IMG/VR virus record: IMGVR_UViG_3300033120_000845
Location: 32,001-96,000 of that record
Origin: a virus
Lineage: Duplodnaviria; Caudoviricetes
Reading direction: 5' to 3' (one strand)
DNA: 64,000 bases
This document shows positions 28,070 through 37,908 of the stretch, piece by piece; positions within the stretch are counted from its first letter, which is position 1; each line of letters opens with the position of its first letter. The position numbers and the translations under genes were made by a program. Below the pieces are notes generated by a model. That model was given only the letters and a program-made list of their open reading frames with translations. It was not told where the DNA came from and searched no databases.

Positions 28070-28510
28070 ATGGCAAAAATTGATTACACAAAATACACAT
28101 TTCAAGAATTAATTGACAGAATAGAGTTTGCAAGATTCTTTGACTTACCAAGAATGACTCGCGAGGCTTTAAAGAGACTGAAGGCTTTAATTGACACAAA
28201 TGAACCAAAGTATAAAGTTTACACAGCTTTATTAACACAAACAGGAACAGATGCTCCTGTAGCCACAGTTTTAGAGAATACATTAGGTGTAGATGTTGTG
28301 TGGAATTATGACGAAAAAGGTATGTATAGTACCTCCCTTATAGGTGAAAAAGCCGTGTTTATACCTAACGATTTTACACAAGATTTTAATGTTACAGGAA
28401 TTTCAATCAGCACTTCTATTATAACACTAATAACTTTAAAATTAGCAGAGCTTACAACAGAAAATGAAATTTTAAATAACACACCAATAGAAATAAGAGT
28501 ATACAACTAA
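28070..28510 (+). CDS. virion fibre/decoration protein (paralog of 18875..19396)
   Basis: YKVYTALLTQTGTDAPVATVLEN and C-terminal PIEIRVY. Confidence 0.55.
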   Translation: MAKIDYTKYTFQELIDRIEFARFFDLPRMTREALKRLKALIDTNEPKYKVYTALLTQTGTDAPVATVLENTLGVDVVWNYDEKGMYSTSLIGEKAVFIPNDFTQDFNVTGISISTSIITLITLKLAELTTENEILNNTPIEIRVYN

Positions 28511-28519
28511 ACAAATTAA

Positions 28520-31500
28520 ATGAAAAAGAATACAACAGTATCTTCACCTAAAATAGGTATGAATAGAACCACACATGGTTCTCTCTTAAAGCAAGAGGAG
28601 TATTCTTTTGCTTTAAATGCCAACAACACAACAGAACAAGGTGAACGCTTAAATATCACCAACGAACCATCTAATATCCTTGCGGTTGAATTTCCGCAGG
28701 GATATATCGTTATTGGGTATAAGTACAATTCATTATTAAATAAAACATATTTATTATTGACAAATCCTGAAACAGGCTTTAGTTCAATAGGATACATTGA
28801 CTACGATTTTCAATATGTGTACACCCCAGATGAAGAAAATTCTTGTGGAGATTGTTATCAAACACAATTACAATTAGGTACTCCATTAGAAGATTTAATA
28901 CAAACAGCAAACCAAACTTATGTTGAGTTGTTGAATGATGAATGTAATGGAGACTTAGCTTTTGATATAAATTATCCTTTTCTAACAATAGAAATAAAAA
29001 CAGAAAAGAACCATAATGTAATGTATTTTACAAATGGTAAAAATACAGGATATTATTTGAATTTAAGTGATATTGAATATTACAAATACGAGGGTGAGTA
29101 TATTTGTGGAGTAGATGTTCTACCAACCACTTGCATTGACGTATCTAAAATGAAGATATTTCCTTCTCATAGAATACTCCAAATTGACCCTGAAACAATT
29201 CAGAACAGTGGAAATTTAAAATTAGGAACATATACATTCTATGCTTCTTATTGTGACGCGCAAGGAAATGAAATAACGAACTATTCAACACCTACAAATC
29301 CAGTAAGAATCTTTGATGAAAATAACTTCATTTTAGAACAGCCTGATTTAGATAACGCTACAAATTTCGCAATAAAATTAAAAATAAATAATCTTGACAC
29401 ACAACATTTTAAATATTATAAAGTAATTGTTCAAGAAATATCAACAGTTGCAAAAGGGTATTCTTATTTTGTTGCGGGAATTTACCCTACGACAAATAAC
29501 ACTGTATTATACACTTCAAATTTAGAAAAAGACAGAGCAAGCGTTGACAACATAAAAATAGTAAAACCAACTTATGAAACTATTGATAAATTAGTAGCTT
29601 CAAACAACACTTTATTCCTATACGGACTTAAAGAGAAAAGGCAATTCAATTTACAACCTGTAGTTAATTTATTTTCATCTTTACTTAAATGGAGCAGTTC
29701 AATAGCTAAAGAAGCATTATACAAAAATCCAATCCCAACTTCTAAATATGTTGGATATAGAAGAGATGAAGTACAGCCATTCAGCATTAGATTTAGATAT
29801 AAAGATGGAGGACTTTCTCCTGTTTACCCGTTTATTGGCAGACCTGCGAACACAACAGATTTAGAAACAATTTCTGTGGATGACATTAATTATCAATCTA
29901 TCCACGATTACGATTCAAGTTGTACCGAGAATGATAGAACTAAGAGATGGCAATTGTTCAACACAGCTTCTGTAACAGATGTTTGTAGCACCCCTACAGA
30001 TAATGCAATTGAAGTTGTGGATGATTACACAAGAACGTGTCTAATAGAGAATGTGGCAACAATTCCAACAGATGTCATAACATTTGAACCACCTGTGGGG
30101 TACACCGATTTTGAAACATTTTTAAATGAATACAGAGATGACCCCTCTTACTATATTCCTGAGATAGCTCCATATTTAACAGACACCTATCCTGATGACC
30201 ATTGTACACCAATATTTCAGGGCGAATGCTCGACACCTGTTCTTTCATCCTCTGTAAATTTAGTAGGGTCGGTTAACGGAGAAGTAGTAACTAACATTTA
30301 TAAAAGAGAAGCCGAGTATCAAAGGTCTGTTGCACCTAAATTCTGTAATAACTTTTTAGTTAGTATGGAAGATGGGAAAAAAGTAAAAGATACAGCTTTT
30401 ATAGCAGACTTTTTACCATGTGGGGTTACGGTGTATGAAAGAAACTCAACGGATGTTACAAATGAAAGTTGTGCTTATGCTGTAGATATTATAAACTATC
30501 CAACATATCAAAGTAATTTAGCGGGATATTATCACAATTATTATGGTAATAGTAATGCAAATCCACTTTTATCTACATTAGTTTCAGATGGAGATTTGGT
30601 TCAGAATGTAAGTATTGTTTCAGGAACTACAGGAAGTATAACAGTGGTAATTGATGGTACTTCTTATGCTCAAGCATACTTAGGGACACCTGCCGCTACA
30701 ATGACAGCATTTTTCTCAACACATGAAGCCGCAATAGAAACACAAACAGGTGGAACTTTAACTTATAGTTCAGGTGTAATATCTTTAACAAACGCTTTAA
30801 TACTAATAGATACAGTTATACCTTCGGGAGATGTAATACCTTCATACACAGTTACGGGAAATTTTGCGGAAAAACTCCATAAAAATGCTTTATTCTTCAA
30901 AGGCATAAGAAACGGTAGAAATGAATTAGTATTAGAGATAACGAAAAATAGCAATTGTGCAACAGAAGATTACTTAACTAATAGTAATTTTTCAAGAGTA
31001 TCTATTTTTGATAGTTGTTCTTCAGGAACATTATTACACACAGAAATAATTAATACAAATAGTGGGTTATTAAAAGTAATCGATACTTCTGCATATCTAA
31101 GTACGTTCATAGTTGCAATTGACACACCTTTAAAAAAAGAGGTAAGTTTAGTTGATGAGTGTGGAACTTGTGGGGGAGATGACCAACCCGCTTGTACTTA
31201 TGAAAACACTCATGTTTTATACACAAATTGTGGATGCTTCGCGGTACTTATCAGAGACACCGAAGTAAAAGAAAAAACAGTAGAGTGGGAGAGTATCATA
31301 ATTGACAAACAAGAAACTTACACCTCTACATGTACTACATATTTACCACAAGTGGGAGAATGTGATACAGTGCCGTTTCAAAAAGGTGAATTTTCATACT
31401 GGGAATCAACGGAAACTTACCCTAATAATTCAGAAGTTTATGACAGCTCTAATTTAATTGTATTAGAATCTGATTTAAACCTGTCTCCTGCGGATAAAGC

Positions 31501-34500
31501 AAAATTCAAGGAATATTATACAGAAAGTGTAATAGATGGCACTTATACGTTAAAAACAACAACAGATTTTAGATGTGCTCATATCAGACATTTCAAAATG
31601 CCCGATAATAGAGTTTCACCTTTCATGTATGAATCAACCCTTCCCGAATTTGCAGGGTCGTTTATATTTCCTTTAGGTGTGGAATTAGATTCCTCTGTTG
31701 TGAACACAATGCTTAGTGTGGCTGTAAGAAACAATTTAATCTCTCAAGAAGAATTAAATAACATTGACAGCTATGAAATATTAAGAGGGGATACGGCAAT
31801 TTCTAAGTCTATTATAAGCAGTGGGTTAGCGTATGACATGTATAAGTACGAGGAGCGTGGAAAAGTAGTGCATTATCCAAATTACCCACACAATGACCTT
31901 TCAGACGATAAATTACATTACACGGATGGAAGTAGAAACCAATTAATAAAACACCCAAATAATAGAACAGGGAATAGTAAATACAGCTATATATCACCCG
32001 ATATTTTCTACAACAGAATAACAAACCCAACAGAATTAACAATAGACGGTTATCAATTAGGAAATTCTAGGGGTAGTTTTCAACCAGTAAACGGGCATCC
32101 AAAATGGACAATATTATCTTCAAAAGGAAGAGACACTGCAACATTATTAGGTGTAGGAGAAGCAACTTTAGAATTAGCGGCTCAGACTTCTAATATGATT
32201 GTCAATGGTTCAGGACAGTCTTGGTTTACAGCAGGGGTATCAAGTGGTACAAATATAGCAGGTACAGTGATATCTGCAATTGCTTTAGCAGTGTATTTAG
32301 GGACAGCAGTTTCAAATACGTTTATTAAGGCAGGAAAATACAGATATGAGTGGCTTAAAATACTACGAGATTTAGGGCAACCTAAAAATTTCTCAAGCTA
32401 TTATGTTTCAGAGGGCTATCATAACAGCTTTTCTACAAATACAGACCAACCGGATAGCTTATTAAGAGCGATTACAGTGAGTAAGTTTTTAAAAGACGGT
32501 AAATATTCTTTCCGTGATGAAAAGACAGCAGAAGCAATCAAAGTAAATAGTTGGATGAGAGAGCATTCAATGTTCATTTCTTTAGGTGACTATGACATCA
32601 CTTACCCAACAACTATTAGAAATTGGGATAACAGTAGAGTTATTGCCTCAGATTTTGGATGTACATCTGCCGAAGAAAGCAGATTAATAGCCACACCTTA
32701 CATCACTTTAAAAAATTATGTACCTGACCAACATGGAACAATTGATTCTGTAAATTGGTTAACGACTAATTACATTAGAAGTCTATCAGACAATACTATA
32801 TGTGACCCTATTTTTGGGGGAACAGTTTTTGTATCAAGGTTTACTTGGAAAAGAAAGTTACCTATTTTTAAGGAAACAGCTATGGGAGAGCCTAATTTAC
32901 TCCCATACAGTTATAGCCTTAGCCCTAACATAGGAAATCCAAGATTCTTCTGTGATTATGAAACAGGTGGGGATGTAAACGTAGTATCGGCTATTTTTCC
33001 TGATATTAAGTCAAATACTTTTTTTGACTGTGATAAAAGCGACAGTTTCTATAAAGTAGAGCCGAGTAAATTTTATTTATATTATTATGGAATTACAAAC
33101 TTCTTAGTTGAATCAGAGATAAATTGTAATTTTAGATACGGAAGAAAAGATGCTCACGACCAATTCTATCCTGCTGTTGGTGATATGGTGGAATGGACAC
33201 AAGAAAAAAATACAACAATAAAAGAACCTAATACATTCTTCTATAATAATATTTATTCTCAATCTGTGTTTCCAACCAAATACACTATTTTAGATAGGGT
33301 GTGGTCAACAGCTCAGGACGAGATAAGAAGAAGTCAAGAGAATGGTGTAATCTACTCAATTGAAGATAGAAGTGAAAATGATTTAGTTGACCCTTGGTTA
33401 GTATTTAAACCTTTGAATTGGTATGAATTCCCTAAAAAATATGGAAAACTTGTTCATCTAAAAGATTTAGAATCGGCGCAAATTTTAGGAAGATTTGAAA
33501 ATCAAATGGTGTTATTTAATGCAATAGACACTGTACAGAAGAATACAAATATGACTTTAACACAAGTTGTAGGTACAGGTGGAATATTTGCACAAAGACC
33601 ATTAGAATTTAAAGCAACAGATTTAGGGTTCGCAGGAACGCAACACACTGACATGGTTAGCACACCTTATGGACACTTTTCAGTGGATGCTAAGAGAGGT
33701 AAAATATTCCAATTAGACTCTAATGGTAAAGACTTACAACCTATTTCAGATATTTTAGGGAATAGGGAAAGTGGTATGAAACAATGGTTTCAAGAAAACC
33801 TGCCGTTTAGAATTTTAAAATCAATTCCTGAATTAGATATCGACAACAAATTTAAAGGTGTCGGTATTTCTATGGGGTGGGATGCTAAATTTGAAAGAGT
33901 GTTCATAACTAAAAAGGATTATGTTTTAAAATCAGGTATAAATAAAAATAATTTTACAGTAACTGCGGATAAAAAACTAATGTATCAAGAAGAGGAAGTA
34001 TTTTTCACAAATACAAACTTATTTGAAGACGTTTCTTGGACAATAGCTTATAAAGTTTCAGACGGTGTGTGGATTAGCTATTACAGTTTTATGCCAAATT
34101 TCTACATAGGACTTAATGACCACTTTCAAACATATCACAATGATAAACTTTGGTCGCATTTATTAACAAATCAAAGTTATTGTGTTTTCTACGGTGAAAA
34201 ACACCCTTTCATAATAGAAGTACCAATTGTAAATGAAAATGCAAATAAAGTGCTTGAATCCGTAAAATTAGAGGTAGAAGGTAAAAGATATCAGAATAAG
34301 TGGGATTTCGCGCAAATGAAAGATGTAGGATTTAATCAAGCCGTTATTTACAACAATACAAATAACAGTGGAATGTTAAATCTTAAACAAAGAAAATCAT
34401 TGAAAGACCATGCAAGATATCCAATAACAAACAGCAATAATTCGCAAGATATTTTGTACACATCTCAAGATGGAGAACATACTTTCAATTATTTCTACAA

Positions 34501-34720
34501 TAGAGCGATTAATCAGGATAATAATGTCCCGCAATGGTTGAATGATAGAAATAGAATTCATAAAACTATCAATCCAATGGCAGTTAATTTCAGTTTTAAA
34601 AAGAAATTAAACGAACGGTTGAGAGGAGATTATTTCTATTTAAGATTAATTAAAAATGATGATTCAAGATATAATGTAATTTTGAGAAATCTAATGTTTA
34701 ACGAACAATTGTCACAATAA
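28520..34720 (+). CDS. tail muzzle / tail stabilisation protein (P22 gp10-like)
   Basis: 2066 aa; GMN...YSFALNA start, GYRRDEV, IRHFKMP, FLVESEINCNFR, RLRGDY end; crAss-like synteny. Confidence 0.8.
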   Translation: MKKNTTVSSPKIGMNRTTHGSLLKQEEYSFALNANNTTEQGERLNITNEPSNILAVEFPQGYIVIGYKYNSLLNKTYLLLTNPETGFSSIGYIDYDFQYVYTPDEENSCGDCYQTQLQLGTPLEDLIQTANQTYVELLNDECNGDLAFDINYPFLTIEIKTEKNHNVMYFTNGKNTGYYLNLSDIEYYKYEGEYICGVDVLPTTCIDVSKMKIFPSHRILQIDPETIQNSGNLKLGTYTFYASYCDAQGNEITNYSTPTNPVRIFDENNFILEQPDLDNATNFAIKLKINNLDTQHFKYYKVIVQEISTVAKGYSYFVAGIYPTTNNTVLYTSNLEKDRASVDNIKIVKPTYETIDKLVASNNTLFLYGLKEKRQFNLQPVVNLFSSLLKWSSSIAKEALYKNPIPTSKYVGYRRDEVQPFSIRFRYKDGGLSPVYPFIGRPANTTDLETISVDDINYQSIHDYDSSCTENDRTKRWQLFNTASVTDVCSTPTDNAIEVVDDYTRTCLIENVATIPTDVITFEPPVGYTDFETFLNEYRDDPSYYIPEIAPYLTDTYPDDHCTPIFQGECSTPVLSSSVNLVGSVNGEVVTNIYKREAEYQRSVAPKFCNNFLVSMEDGKKVKDTAFIADFLPCGVTVYERNSTDVTNESCAYAVDIINYPTYQSNLAGYYHNYYGNSNANPLLSTLVSDGDLVQNVSIVSGTTGSITVVIDGTSYAQAYLGTPAATMTAFFSTHEAAIETQTGGTLTYSSGVISLTNALILIDTVIPSGDVIPSYTVTGNFAEKLHKNALFFKGIRNGRNELVLEITKNSNCATEDYLTNSNFSRVSIFDSCSSGTLLHTEIINTNSGLLKVIDTSAYLSTFIVAIDTPLKKEVSLVDECGTCGGDDQPACTYENTHVLYTNCGCFAVLIRDTEVKEKTVEWESIIIDKQETYTSTCTTYLPQVGECDTVPFQKGEFSYWESTETYPNNSEVYDSSNLIVLESDLNLSPADKAKFKEYYTESVIDGTYTLKTTTDFRCAHIRHFKMPDNRVSPFMYESTLPEFAGSFIFPLGVELDSSVVNTMLSVAVRNNLISQEELNNIDSYEILRGDTAISKSIISSGLAYDMYKYEERGKVVHYPNYPHNDLSDDKLHYTDGSRNQLIKHPNNRTGNSKYSYISPDIFYNRITNPTELTIDGYQLGNSRGSFQPVNGHPKWTILSSKGRDTATLLGVGEATLELAAQTSNMIVNGSGQSWFTAGVSSGTNIAGTVISAIALAVYLGTAVSNTFIKAGKYRYEWLKILRDLGQPKNFSSYYVSEGYHNSFSTNTDQPDSLLRAITVSKFLKDGKYSFRDEKTAEAIKVNSWMREHSMFISLGDYDITYPTTIRNWDNSRVIASDFGCTSAEESRLIATPYITLKNYVPDQHGTIDSVNWLTTNYIRSLSDNTICDPIFGGTVFVSRFTWKRKLPIFKETAMGEPNLLPYSYSLSPNIGNPRFFCDYETGGDVNVVSAIFPDIKSNTFFDCDKSDSFYKVEPSKFYLYYYGITNFLVESEINCNFRYGRKDAHDQFYPAVGDMVEWTQEKNTTIKEPNTFFYNNIYSQSVFPTKYTILDRVWSTAQDEIRRSQENGVIYSIEDRSENDLVDPWLVFKPLNWYEFPKKYGKLVHLKDLESAQILGRFENQMVLFNAIDTVQKNTNMTLTQVVGTGGIFAQRPLEFKATDLGFAGTQHTDMVSTPYGHFSVDAKRGKIFQLDSNGKDLQPISDILGNRESGMKQWFQENLPFRILKSIPELDIDNKFKGVGISMGWDAKFERVFITKKDYVLKSGINKNNFTVTADKKLMYQEEEVFFTNTNLFEDVSWTIAYKVSDGVWISYYSFMPNFYIGLNDHFQTYHNDKLWSHLLTNQSYCVFYGEKHPFIIEVPIVNENANKVLESVKLEVEGKRYQNKWDFAQMKDVGFNQAVIYNNTNNSGMLNLKQRKSLKDHARYPITNSNNSQDILYTSQDGEHTFNYFYNRAINQDNNVPQWLNDRNRIHKTINPMAVNFSFKKKLNERLRGDYFYLRLIKNDDSRYNVILRNLMFNEQLSQ

Positions 34721-37700
34721 TGGCATTACTATCAAATAAGAACATAAGTCCAACATACTATTCTAAAATAGCACAAGCAGAATCAGGTAATAACCCAAAT
34801 GCAAAAAATCCCGGAAAGGGGCAAACAGCAAGTGGGTTATACCAATTCACAGCAGGAACTTGGAATGGAATGGTAAAAGAATTAGGACTTAATTACACAT
34901 TAGAAGACAGATTCAACCCTGAAAAATCAAAAACAGTAATGGAGGCGTTCACTAAAAAGAACGCTTCCTATTTACAAAAGAATTTAGGAAGGGAGTTGAA
35001 CGATGCTGATTTATATATGGCGCATTTTTTAGGGGCAGGGGGAGCGTCAACTTTTTTAAAAGATTTGTCAGCTAATCCTAACGCAGGTGTTAACATGTCA
35101 GGAGAAGTAATTAATGCAAACAAGAACGTTTTTTATAAAAAGAATGGGCAGTTGAGGACTAATAAGGAAGTGTATGAGGAGATGGGTAAAAGGATAAATC
35201 AACCTACTAATATTACAAATCAAGCAGTTGAAAACTCACATCCTGAAGTTCCAAATATTTCTAATGGACTAACTAATTTTGAGGGGCAGTATAGTTTACC
35301 TACCTTTGTATCTAATGAAGAAGAGCCTAAAAAAACAAAAGAGGAGGAAGTAGTAGAACAAAAAACTAACGAACTTAATCTTTTGAAGGACTTTTATGCA
35401 GGAAGAACGAAAATACAACCACAACAAGAGCAAATGATTGAAGAAGCTCCACAAGAAATTCCAAGTATGGATGTAATGGGGGAATTTAATCAAATATCTA
35501 ACTTTTTAGAACAAGCAAGAGAAGGGGGGTTTTTTGAAGGATGGGCTTTTGAAACTATGCAACAAGGGGGTACTTGGAATGCTCAACAAGCGTCTGTTAA
35601 AGAAGAAAAAGATAGAAAATTAAGAGAATTACTATCAAAAAACAGACCTGATTTTTCTAAAAAGTCAATTGATGAGAAAATCAAAGAAAAAAATTTAAAA
35701 GAAGTACTTACTCAAAAAGATAATACAAGAGTAGACTCAATAAAGAGTGCTGACAACATTTCTAAAGTAGCGAGAAATAAAACAAATAAGGAAATAGCAC
35801 AAGAGAGGGAACATAGAATACAAGAAAGTGTAAAAGCTCAAAGTATTCCAATGACTCAAGATAATTGGCGAGAAGTTTTAGCAAAACAAACTCAGTCAAC
35901 AGGAGACAAATTCAGAGTTTCACAAGAACCAAATGTATTTGATGATTATTTGAATCCTGCTGTAATGGTTGGTGATATGGCTTCTAATTTAGGGCAAGCC
36001 CCATTACGAGCAGAACAGACAGATTCTTTTATGCCTTATATAACATCTGTAGGAGCACCATTAGCAGTTGGAGCAACCGCAGGTTTAGGTACAAAATCAA
36101 CAGGTCAGTTTATAAACAACTTAGCAAACCCTTTAGCAGGGGTAAAAACACCAAATATTTCTACATTATATAAAATTAATGATGATGAAATACCTATAAA
36201 CTTTATGAGGAAATTAGGTAATAAAAATGAAGCAATGTCTGCAATAGAAAATGCTAAATCAGATTTATTAGACCCTGAAACAATAAGAAGGGCGGAAGCA
36301 TTAGGGGTAAACCCAGAGGTATTTGAACAAGCTTCAAAAAACATGTCTTATAGTACAAATATATCTCCAAGCTCTTATAGTGGAGAAAATTTACATATAA
36401 ATATAAATCCAAATCAAATAGGAGTATCTGAGCAGGATGCAATTATGCAAGGAGTTATGGGAGCAAAGGCTCCAAACTTTACGGGAAATGAAATAAGTTC
36501 TCACGAAATAGGGCATTTTTTACAAGATAGGATGTATTATACCACACCTTATCCAAAAACGTTAGAAGGTTTTGAAAAAAAATTATTTTCGAAATACAAA
36601 AGTTTCCCTAAAGAGCATCAAGAGGCTATTTTAAACAAACACAAAGATTTTTCAACAAGAAGTACAGCACCTACTAAAATAGATGAAATGTTAGGTGAGT
36701 TACAAATAAAGCCCGATTTAGATTATTTTGGACAAAAAAATACAAATTATTTTACAGATGCTAATAAGCAATATGGGACAAACATTGATAATATGGTTGA
36801 AAGATTCCCAATGTTTAGAGAGTATCGCCAAGGTATGAGGGACAGTGGGGTCTTGAAAAATAAATGGGATGAAATTACCCCAGAAATGGTAGATGAGTAT
36901 TATAGTCTAAAACCAGAAAATAGGTTGAACTCTTTTATGGAGTTGAATGATAAAAATAAAAATCTTTTGAGGGATATTAGTAAAATAGCCCCTGCAATAG
37001 CTCCAATATCAGGAGCAGCATACCTATCTACACAAGAAACGCCAACATATCAACAAGGTGGAACAATAGAAGAAGATAAAAAATGGTTACAAAATTGGTA
37101 TACAAATAGAGTAATACCTAATATAGATATTCAAAATTTATATTTAGAGGATAAGGATATTTATAAAGATAGGATGACCACTCCACCACCTATTGAAAAT
37201 GTTGAAAATATTGATAATAATCCTTATATAACAGGTAGGTATGATTCAAAGGAGAATAAAATATTTTTAACACCCAAATCTGAAAAAAACACTCATTTAC
37301 ATGAATTAACTCATTACTCCGATAGTTTTCCATCAGCTATGAGAACTGTTCATCAAAATGTAGTTAACCAGAACATTGCCCCTAAAGAAGGGGTTTCAGG
37401 TGTATATAAAGATAAGTATGAATATTTTACAGACCCAGATGAAGTACATGCTAGGATACAAGTTCTCAGAAAAGAAGCGGGTATAAAACCAAATCAAGAA
37501 GTGACTCCCGATTTTTTAAATAACTTTTTAAAAAGTTATAATGGAGAAGACGAAAATATTAATGACTTATTGAATATAGCTGACCCACCACATTTATTAG
37601 AAATGCTTAATTATATGGCGGACAATACTAAAGTTAAAAATAGAAGTTTTGCACAACAAGGCGGAGAAATAAAAACAACACCTTACGGACAATGGGAATT

Positions 37701-37908
37701 CCCAAATCAAATTACTAAAGTGCCAAGCAATAACATTACAATGGAGAATGTACCAAGAGCACTAATGGGAATCGCAGATACAGGAGAACAAAGAGTAATG
37801 CTTCCTGAAGAAAAAAATCACATTTTTGAAGGAGCAACAGAAGTGACAGAAGTACCCTTAACTTTTGCACAACTATATAAAATAAAAACAGGTAAAGAAT
37901 TAAAGTAA
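34720..37908 (+). CDS. cargo/ejection protein: N-terminal lytic transglycosylase-like domain plus two zincin domains
   Basis: IAQAESGNNPNA..ASGLYQF..TW..LYMAHFLG (SLT/lysozyme-like); SHEIGH; LHELTH...EVHAR. Confidence 0.75.
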   Translation: MALLSNKNISPTYYSKIAQAESGNNPNAKNPGKGQTASGLYQFTAGTWNGMVKELGLNYTLEDRFNPEKSKTVMEAFTKKNASYLQKNLGRELNDADLYMAHFLGAGGASTFLKDLSANPNAGVNMSGEVINANKNVFYKKNGQLRTNKEVYEEMGKRINQPTNITNQAVENSHPEVPNISNGLTNFEGQYSLPTFVSNEEEPKKTKEEEVVEQKTNELNLLKDFYAGRTKIQPQQEQMIEEAPQEIPSMDVMGEFNQISNFLEQAREGGFFEGWAFETMQQGGTWNAQQASVKEEKDRKLRELLSKNRPDFSKKSIDEKIKEKNLKEVLTQKDNTRVDSIKSADNISKVARNKTNKEIAQEREHRIQESVKAQSIPMTQDNWREVLAKQTQSTGDKFRVSQEPNVFDDYLNPAVMVGDMASNLGQAPLRAEQTDSFMPYITSVGAPLAVGATAGLGTKSTGQFINNLANPLAGVKTPNISTLYKINDDEIPINFMRKLGNKNEAMSAIENAKSDLLDPETIRRAEALGVNPEVFEQASKNMSYSTNISPSSYSGENLHININPNQIGVSEQDAIMQGVMGAKAPNFTGNEISSHEIGHFLQDRMYYTTPYPKTLEGFEKKLFSKYKSFPKEHQEAILNKHKDFSTRSTAPTKIDEMLGELQIKPDLDYFGQKNTNYFTDANKQYGTNIDNMVERFPMFREYRQGMRDSGVLKNKWDEITPEMVDEYYSLKPENRLNSFMELNDKNKNLLRDISKIAPAIAPISGAAYLSTQETPTYQQGGTIEEDKKWLQNWYTNRVIPNIDIQNLYLEDKDIYKDRMTTPPPIENVENIDNNPYITGRYDSKENKIFLTPKSEKNTHLHELTHYSDSFPSAMRTVHQNVVNQNIAPKEGVSGVYKDKYEYFTDPDEVHARIQVLRKEAGIKPNQEVTPDFLNNFLKSYNGEDENINDLLNIADPPHLLEMLNYMADNTKVKNRSFAQQGGEIKTTPYGQWEFPNQITKVPSNNITMENVPRALMGIADTGEQRVMLPEEKNHIFEGATEVTEVPLTFAQLYKIKTGKELK

